Shown here piece after piece: positions 7,921 to 12,423 of a stretch of DNA of 12,423 bases. Below the pieces are notes generated by a model. The model saw only the letters and a list, made by a program, of their open reading frames with translations. It had not been told where the DNA came from and ran no database searches. This DNA is from Armatimonadota bacterium (GTDB lineage Bacteria; Sysuimicrobiota; Sysuimicrobiia; Sysuimicrobiales; Humicultoraceae), in assembly GCA_037446215.1 (NCBI GenBank), contig JBBIJB010000049.1:5581-18003 (forward strand). Reading direction: 5' to 3'. The position numbers were made by a program, and so were the translations under genes. The stretch's first letter is position 1. Every line of letters starts with the position of its first letter.

Positions 7921-8777
7921 AGCCAGAAGATCTGGCTCCAAGCGCGCATCGGGCCGGCCCGGCACTCGATTCGGACGAATCCCTCATCCCCGCCGGGCTC
8001 GTAGCGTCCCGACCCGCCGGCCTGTGCCGCCCGCACACGATCGAGCGAGTCGAGCACGCGCACCTCGTCGGCGCCGCTGGAAAAGACCACTGCCCGGCCC
8101 TCGACCCCGAACTCGGCCTCGACTCCCGTGCTCGAGTAGAAGGCCCCGGACAGCAGCGCCCTGCGCAGCGCCTCCGCGCTGACCTCCTCGCTCTTCACCA
8201 TCACCCATGCCCGGTCGAACTGGGATGGTGTGTGGCAGTCGTCCACGGCTACCCCACCGATCCGGGTGTCGGCCCCATGTGCGCGCGCCGCGGCCGCCCA
8301 CCGTCGGGCGTCCTCCGCCGGCTCCGAGTGGGGATTCCATATCTCCACCAGGAACGGTCCGGGCAGATCCGCCAGAGCCGCGGCCGGCCACGACGCAGTC
8401 CAGAGGTTGCCGGTCCAGGAGGGATGGCTCGGACAGGGGATGCCGCCGGCGGCCAGGGTTCTCTCGACCCTATCACGCGCGGACCCCCTGCCCAGGCGGT
8501 CGGCCGTGAGCAGCCCGACCAGGTGCCTACCGAGCGGAGCCACGCCCCACGTGATCGTCTCCTCGATCCCGGGCAGGGCCAGGAACGAGCCGTCGTTGAT
8601 CTCGTCACATCGGGTGACGACGTCATGATCGGTCAGGCACACATACGAGTAGCCGGCGTCCCTGTACCGCTTCACGAGATCCAGCGGCTCATAGCGACCA
8701 TCCGAGCGCTTCGTATGGCAGTGCAGCTGGGCCTTGCGGTATGTGCCGGGGGTGTTGTAGGGATCGACGATGTGCAC
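7917..8777 (-). CDS. PHP-domain metal-dependent hydrolase (CehA/McbA-like)
   Basis: QLHCHTKRSDG (HxHxxxSDG), TDHD, GIEET, SHP, EIWN and DDCH. The real start is probably GTG 8777 with GGAG 8 nt upstream (286 aa). The 210-codon upstream extension in the ORF track overlaps plus-strand genes. Confidence 0.85.
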   Translation of the reverse strand: MHIVDPYNTPGTYRKAQLHCHTKRSDGRYEPLDLVKRYRDAGYSYVCLTDHDVVTRCDEINDGSFLALPGIEETITWGVAPLGRHLVGLLTADRLGRGSARDRVERTLAAGGIPCPSHPSWTGNLWTASWPAAALADLPGPFLVEIWNPHSEPAEDARRWAAAARAHGADTRIGGVAVDDCHTPSQFDRAWVMVKSEEVSAEALRRALLSGAFYSSTGVEAEFGVEGRAVVFSSGADEVRVLDSLDRVRAAQAGGSGRYEPGGDEGFVRIECRAGPMRAWSQIFWL

Positions 8778-8820
8778 GGTAGGCGCTCCAGTCGGGTGCT
8801 CGGTCTGTGCCTCCCTGGAC

Positions 8821-8850
8821 AGTCTACATTCTTTCGGCCGGGGGTTGCAC
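8821..8850 (-). promoter_or_regulatory. Possible promoter of the PHP gene
   Basis: Minus strand reads GTGCAA-N18-TAGACT, about 44 nt upstream of the GTG start. Confidence 0.35.
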
Positions 8851-8923
8851 CCGTAGGCCCCGGCGATCCTCGGGCAGGCTGGCGGCGGGTGGCGCGTGCG
8901 TGAACGTCGAGACAAGGTATACG

Positions 8924-8953
8924 GGACGGCTCCGTGGAATGCAGGCCGCACCG
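8924..8953 (+). repeat. Bipartite direct repeat, copy 1
   Basis: GGACGGCTCCG-tggaatgca-GGCCGCACCG. Both blocks are identical to those at 10508-10536. Confidence 0.55.
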
Positions 8954-9008
8954 GTGGCCGCGGTCCGGCGGACGGCGCCCTCCGAGATCGCCGACCTGCG
9001 AGGCCCAG

Positions 9009-9254
9009 ATGCCTAGCGCCAACGACGCCGCGGACTGCCAGCACTGCGGGGGACGCCGGATCTTTCGGGGCATCGATATGAATCAACGTGCCGAGGTAGG
9101 GACAATCGGACTGGAGTTCAAGGACGGGCGCATCCTGGTGGGAACGGAGCAACTGGTCGCCGACCTGTGCGGCAGCTGCGGGACAGTCGTGCGGCTGTAC
9201 GTCCGCAACGTGAACCACAAGTGGCTGACGAAGCCCCCTGGGGGAGGCCGGTGA
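9009..9254 (+). CDS. Small putative zinc-ribbon protein (81 aa)
   Basis: ATG 9009 with GAGG upstream, CQHCG near the N-terminus and CGSCG near the C-terminus, and protein-like composition. Its TGA overlaps the next start (GTGA at 9251-9254). Confidence 0.7.
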   Translation: MPSANDAADCQHCGGRRIFRGIDMNQRAEVGTIGLEFKDGRILVGTEQLVADLCGSCGTVVRLYVRNVNHKWLTKPPGGGR

Positions 9255-9762
9255 ACAAGGGAGGGGCACTATGCGTCCTCGTTCTCCTCCTGTCCGCCTC
9301 CGGCAGGACGCATGCTCAACTGCCGCCGTCGACGAAGGTGCCGTGGACGAGAGTGCCGCCGGTCGCCCTCGTCGCACGGGCCGACGACCCGAGGATACAG
9401 ATGTCACGTGAGGCCGTCGACTTCTGGAATCGCACCCTCGGAGAGATCGGAACCCCGTTCCGGCTGGGAGCCGTGACGCATACCGGTGCGCTCATCCCGG
9501 AGCAGTACCTGGCAGCGGTGAGCGCGGCGATGTTGGACCGCTGTCGCTGCCAAACGTGACGCGCAACGTGATCGCGCACGAGCTCGGACATGCCATCGGC
9601 CTGGGACACAACTCCGATCCCACCAAGCTGATGTGTGGACGGCCGGCGCCCTGCCGCCCCGCGGACTTCGCATCCAACGTCGAGAGGTTCTTCCCCCTGA
9701 CCGAGGGCGAGAGGGACGCCCTCCTTCGGATGTATCCTCAGGGGTGGCCGAGCGGCCGCTAG
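9251..9762 (+). pseudogene. Secreted matrixin-like (metzincin) metalloprotease split by a frameshift near 9535-9559
   Basis: 9251-9559 has a GGAGG SD and signal peptide MNKGGALCVLVLLLSASGRTHA|Q, then AVDFWN. A different frame from about 9538 to 9762 reads PLSLPNVTRNVIAHELGHAIGLGHNSDPTKLMCG, i.e. HExxHxxGxxH plus a Met-turn. Confidence 0.75.
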
Positions 9763-9778
9763 CGGGGAATCGCTTCGT

Positions 9779-9807
9779 TTGCGCGGGTTCGCCCCGCGTG
9801 CTACCAT
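9779..9807 (+). promoter_or_regulatory. Putative sigma70-type promoter for moaD-moaE
   Basis: TTGCGC (9779-9784), a 17-nt spacer, then TACCAT (9802-9807), with an extended -10 TG at 9799-9800. Confidence 0.6.
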
Positions 9808-9836
9808 TCGGGCAAACCGACGCTACTACTACAGTG

Positions 9837-10508
9837 ATGCGGATCAAGGTACTCCTCTTCGCCGCGTACCGCGAGGCCGTCGGCGCATCAACAGCAGAGA
9901 TCGAGGTGCCCGAGGGCACGGCCGCGGGTGATGTGTGGCACTGGCTCGTCAAGGGCTTCCCCGCGCTACAGAAGCTGCAACCGCCGTCTACGGTTGCGGT
10001 CAACGATGCTGTCTGCGCCCTGGGCAGGGTTCTGACCGCGGGTGATAAGGTTGCGCTCCTGGCCCCGGTCAGCGGGGGCGCGCCGTTCGAGCTCGTGACC
10101 GAGCCCATCCGGGTTGACGAGGTACTCCAGTCCGTGAGGCACGCAGGGGCGGGCGCGGTGGTCCTGTTCCTTGGGACCGTCCGTGACAACTCGAGGGGAC
10201 GCGCCGTAGACCACCTCGAGTACGAGGCCTACGAGTCGCTCGCGGTCAAGGAGATGGCCGGCATCGCCGAGCAGGCAGCCGCGCGCTGGGGTGCCCGTCT
10301 GGCCATAGTGCACCGCACCGGATCGCTGGCCATAGGCGAGATCAGCGTGGCGGTAGCGGCCTCTGCGCCCCACCGGAGAGAGGCGTTCGAGGCCGGGAGG
10401 TTCGCGGTCGACACCCTAAAGCTGACCGTGCCGATCTGGAAGAAGGAGATCTGGCAGGGCGGCGAGGAGTGGATCGGAGGGGAAGAGGGCGGACCGGCGA
10501 CCCCCTAG
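9837..10508 (+). CDS. moaE: Fused molybdopterin synthase MoaD-MoaE (MoaX-type)
   Basis: MRIKVLLFAAYREAVG..VAVND..GDKVALLAPVSGG (MoaD with internal Gly-Gly) joined in frame to GAGAVVLFLGTVRD..LEYEAY..HRTGSL..SAPHRREAF..LK..VPIWKKE (MoaE). 223 aa from ATG 9837. Confidence 0.93.
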   Translation: MRIKVLLFAAYREAVGASTAEIEVPEGTAAGDVWHWLVKGFPALQKLQPPSTVAVNDAVCALGRVLTAGDKVALLAPVSGGAPFELVTEPIRVDEVLQSVRHAGAGAVVLFLGTVRDNSRGRAVDHLEYEAYESLAVKEMAGIAEQAAARWGARLAIVHRTGSLAIGEISVAVAASAPHRREAFEAGRFAVDTLKLTVPIWKKEIWQGGEEWIGGEEGGPATP

Positions 10509-10536
10509 GACGGCTCCGCCGGGGGCGGCCGCACCG
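10508..10536 (+). repeat. Bipartite direct repeat, copy 2
   Basis: GGACGGCTCCG-ccgggggc-GGCCGCACCG. It fills most of the 37-nt gap between the convergent moaDE and oxidoreductase stops. Confidence 0.55.
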
Positions 10537-10545
10537 CCACCCGCT

Positions 10546-11574
10546 CTAGGGCACCAGCACCACCTTGCCGAAGTGCTCGCTCCGCTCCAGGATCCCATGG
10601 GCCCTGGCCGCTTCGGCAAGCGGAACTACCTCATGCACTACCGGACGTACCGCGCCTGACTCGACAAGCCGCATCGCCTGACGCAGCTCTCGCTTGGTGC
10701 CCACCCAGGTGCCGTATATCGCCAATTGCCGGCCGTAGATGTAGCGGATGTCGGTCGCGGCATCCGCACCCGACGTGGCGCCACATGTGACGAGCCGCCC
10801 CCTTCTCGCCAGGAGCCGCAGGCTTGTCTCCCAGGTGGCCTTGCCGACGTGATCGAAGACCACGTCCACCCCGCGCTTGCCGGTCATCGCGCGAACCTCG
10901 GCGTAGACGTCCGCCCGAGCGTGGTTGACCACCTCGTCGGCGCCCAGCGCCCTTGCCCGCTCCGCCTTCCAGTCGGCGCCCACAGTGGCGATCACGGTGG
11001 CGCCCAGGGCCCTGGCGATCTGAACCGCGGCGCTCCCGACCCCGCTGCCTGCCCCCCACACCAGGACGCTCTCCCCCACTCCAAGGCGGGCGTTGGTGAC
11101 GAGCATGTTCCAGGCGGTCAGGAGCACCAGCGGAACGGCCGCCGCCTCCTCGAAGGAGAGGCCCGAGGGTTTGGGCAGGAGGTTCACCGCCGGAACAGCC
11201 ACCTTCTCCGCGTAGCCCCCGTGGACGTGCTCTCCCAGGATGGAGTAGGCATCGCACGTGTTGTCGTCGCCGCCGACGCAGGCGGCACACTGCCCGCAGG
11301 AGACGCCTGGGGAGAGCACCACCTCGTCGCCCGGCGCGACGCCCCTCACCCGATCTCCCGCGCCGACGACTACGCCTGAGACATCTGCACCGAGGATGTG
11401 CGGTAACTGCAGCCGCAGCCGCGGGAGGCCGCGCCTGACCCAGATGTCTATGTGGTTCAGCGCCGCGGCGCGCACCTCCACGAGCACTCCGTCCGGCCCG
11501 GGCACCGGGTCGGGGGCGTCCTCGTAGAGCAGTACCTCGGGCCCTCCATGCTGGTGGATTCTGACCGCCCGCAT
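10546..11574 (-). CDS. Medium-chain dehydrogenase/reductase (zinc-binding ADH/quinone oxidoreductase-like)
   Basis: MRAVRIHQHGGPEVL, ALNHID, PHILGAD, structural-Zn motif CGQCAAC..C, Rossmann WGAGSGVG and GKVVL. ATG 11574 with AGGAGG at 11582-11587 (342 aa). Confidence 0.92.
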   Translation of the reverse strand: MRAVRIHQHGGPEVLLYEDAPDPVPGPDGVLVEVRAAALNHIDIWVRRGLPRLRLQLPHILGADVSGVVVGAGDRVRGVAPGDEVVLSPGVSCGQCAACVGGDDNTCDAYSILGEHVHGGYAEKVAVPAVNLLPKPSGLSFEEAAAVPLVLLTAWNMLVTNARLGVGESVLVWGAGSGVGSAAVQIARALGATVIATVGADWKAERARALGADEVVNHARADVYAEVRAMTGKRGVDVVFDHVGKATWETSLRLLARRGRLVTCGATSGADAATDIRYIYGRQLAIYGTWVGTKRELRQAMRLVESGAVRPVVHEVVPLAEAARAHGILERSEHFGKVVLVP

Positions 11575-11585
11575 CCGCCGCCCTC

Positions 11586-12423
11586 CTAGGCCGTCGCTAG
11601 GATGATCCGCTTGACCTCCTCCGTCATGCGAAGGGCCTCGTCCATCGGGCGCTGCCACATGTTGCGGCCGAAGATCAGCCCGGTGGCCCCTCCCTCCATG
11701 ACCAGGCGAGCCTTATCGAGCAGGTCCTCGTCGCCAAGCTTGCTGCCACCGCTGAAGAGGACGAAGGCGCGCCCGGCGCTCCTCACGACCTTTTCGACCG
11801 CCTCGCGGTACTCCAGGACCATCTCACCGTACGGCTTGGGGGAGCCGTCCCTGGACTTCTGATCGAAGACCGGCACGTTCAGCTTTATCACATCGGCACC
11901 CATCTCGGTGGCAACGCGCGCCGCGTAGTCCACCGCGTAGAGGCTGTCTCGGCCCCCCTTCTTCTCTATCGCCTCGCCGCGGGGATACGACCAGACCACG
12001 AGCGGCATGCCGTACAGATCGCACTCGGCGCGGACCTCGGAGAGCTGCGCGAAATCCTCATCCTGGCGAGGCGAGCCCACGTAGAGCGTGTACCCTATCG
12101 CATCGGCGCCTATTCGCACCGCGTCCTCAACCGTGGCGGTCAGTCCCGAAAACGCCCAGTCCGAGGGAGGTATGTTGGTACTCCCATTGATCTTGAGGAT
12201 GAGAGGGATGCTGCCCGCGAAGGGGGGCAGGTAGCGAGCCGCTATCCCGTAGTGAAACGCGATGGCCGAGTATCCGCCGTCGATCGCCAGGCGTATCTGG
12301 AAGTCGGGATCCTCGCTGGGCGGGTTCGGCAGGAAGTCGACAGGTCCGTGCTCCATGCCCTGATCGACGGGTAGCACTAGCATCGTACCCTTCCCCGGCC
12401 CGTGCTCGTACAGCATGCGGTAC
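11586..12423 (-). CDS. fbaB: Class I fructose-bisphosphate aldolase, DhnA/FbaB family (5' end probably outside window)
   Basis: LPVDQGMEHGP, ILKING, VEDAVRIGADAIGYTLYVGS, WSYPRG, GADVIK (Schiff-base Lys), FSGG and IFGRN. The frame stays open (Y-R-M) to the window edge. Confidence 0.9.
   Translation of the reverse strand, partial: YRMLYEHGPGKGTMLVLPVDQGMEHGPVDFLPNPPSEDPDFQIRLAIDGGYSAIAFHYGIAARYLPPFAGSIPLILKINGSTNIPPSDWAFSGLTATVEDAVRIGADAIGYTLYVGSPRQDEDFAQLSEVRAECDLYGMPLVVWSYPRGEAIEKKGGRDSLYAVDYAARVATEMGADVIKLNVPVFDQKSRDGSPKPYGEMVLEYREAVEKVVRSAGRAFVLFSGGSKLGDEDLLDKARLVMEGGATGLIFGRNMWQRPMDEALRMTEEVKRIILATA

Noticed and set aside
8778..9407. 210-aa N-terminal extension of the PHP ORF
   Set aside because: Low-complexity and antisense to two better-supported plus-strand genes; a GTG with a good SD exists at 8777.
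9538..9559. Programmed -1 ribosomal frameshift in the protease gene
   Set aside because: No canonical slippery heptamer or homopolymer run at the junction.
9556..9762. Neighbouring metalloprotease as the MoaD-MoaE processing enzyme
   Set aside because: It is a metzincin with an export signal and is disrupted; known processors are cytoplasmic JAMM proteases, and moaDE has its own promoter.
9823..9832. CTACTACTAC microsatellite as a phase-variation tract
   Set aside because: Only about three units, too short to be unstable.
9633..9836. N-terminal extension of MoaD-MoaE given in the ORF track
   Set aside because: Overlaps the protease C-terminus and the predicted promoter; MoaD homology begins at MRIKV (9837).
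10521..10542. GC hairpin (GGGGCGG-CCGCA-CCGCCACCC) as an intrinsic terminator
   Set aside because: No U-tract on either strand, and short GC stems are expected by chance here.
1..12423. CRISPR array, tRNA/rRNA, riboswitch, IS element or defence system
   Set aside because: No regularly spaced repeats, cloverleaf, transposase, integrase or nuclease motifs seen. Intergenic gaps are short, and the moaDE leader is too short for a Moco riboswitch.

Overview
GC-rich (about 70% by eye) chromosomal window from a diderm bacterium, with no RNA genes, CRISPR array or transposase that I can recognise. The left two-thirds is a divergent cell-envelope locus. On the minus strand are an ArnT/GT39-like membrane glycosyltransferase and an LptD/OstA-like outer-membrane protein; the latter runs off the left edge and is absent from the ORF track. 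On the plus strand is a tightly coupled four-gene operon: LpxB-like GT-B, MsbA-like ABC exporter, GT2, and a second LpxB-related protein (TIGR03492/COG4370-like). The right third has a minus-strand run (class I fructose-bisphosphate aldolase truncated by the right edge, an MDR-family oxidoreductase, a PHP-domain hydrolase). That run is interrupted by a plus-strand block (small CxxC..CxxC protein, frameshift-split secreted metzincin, MoaD-MoaE fusion) bracketed by a bipartite direct repeat. The best candidate for an undescribed system is the non-canonical lipid A-like glycolipid synthesis, modification and export module with two LpxB-fold paralogues. All family calls come from motif recognition by eye, not from database searches.
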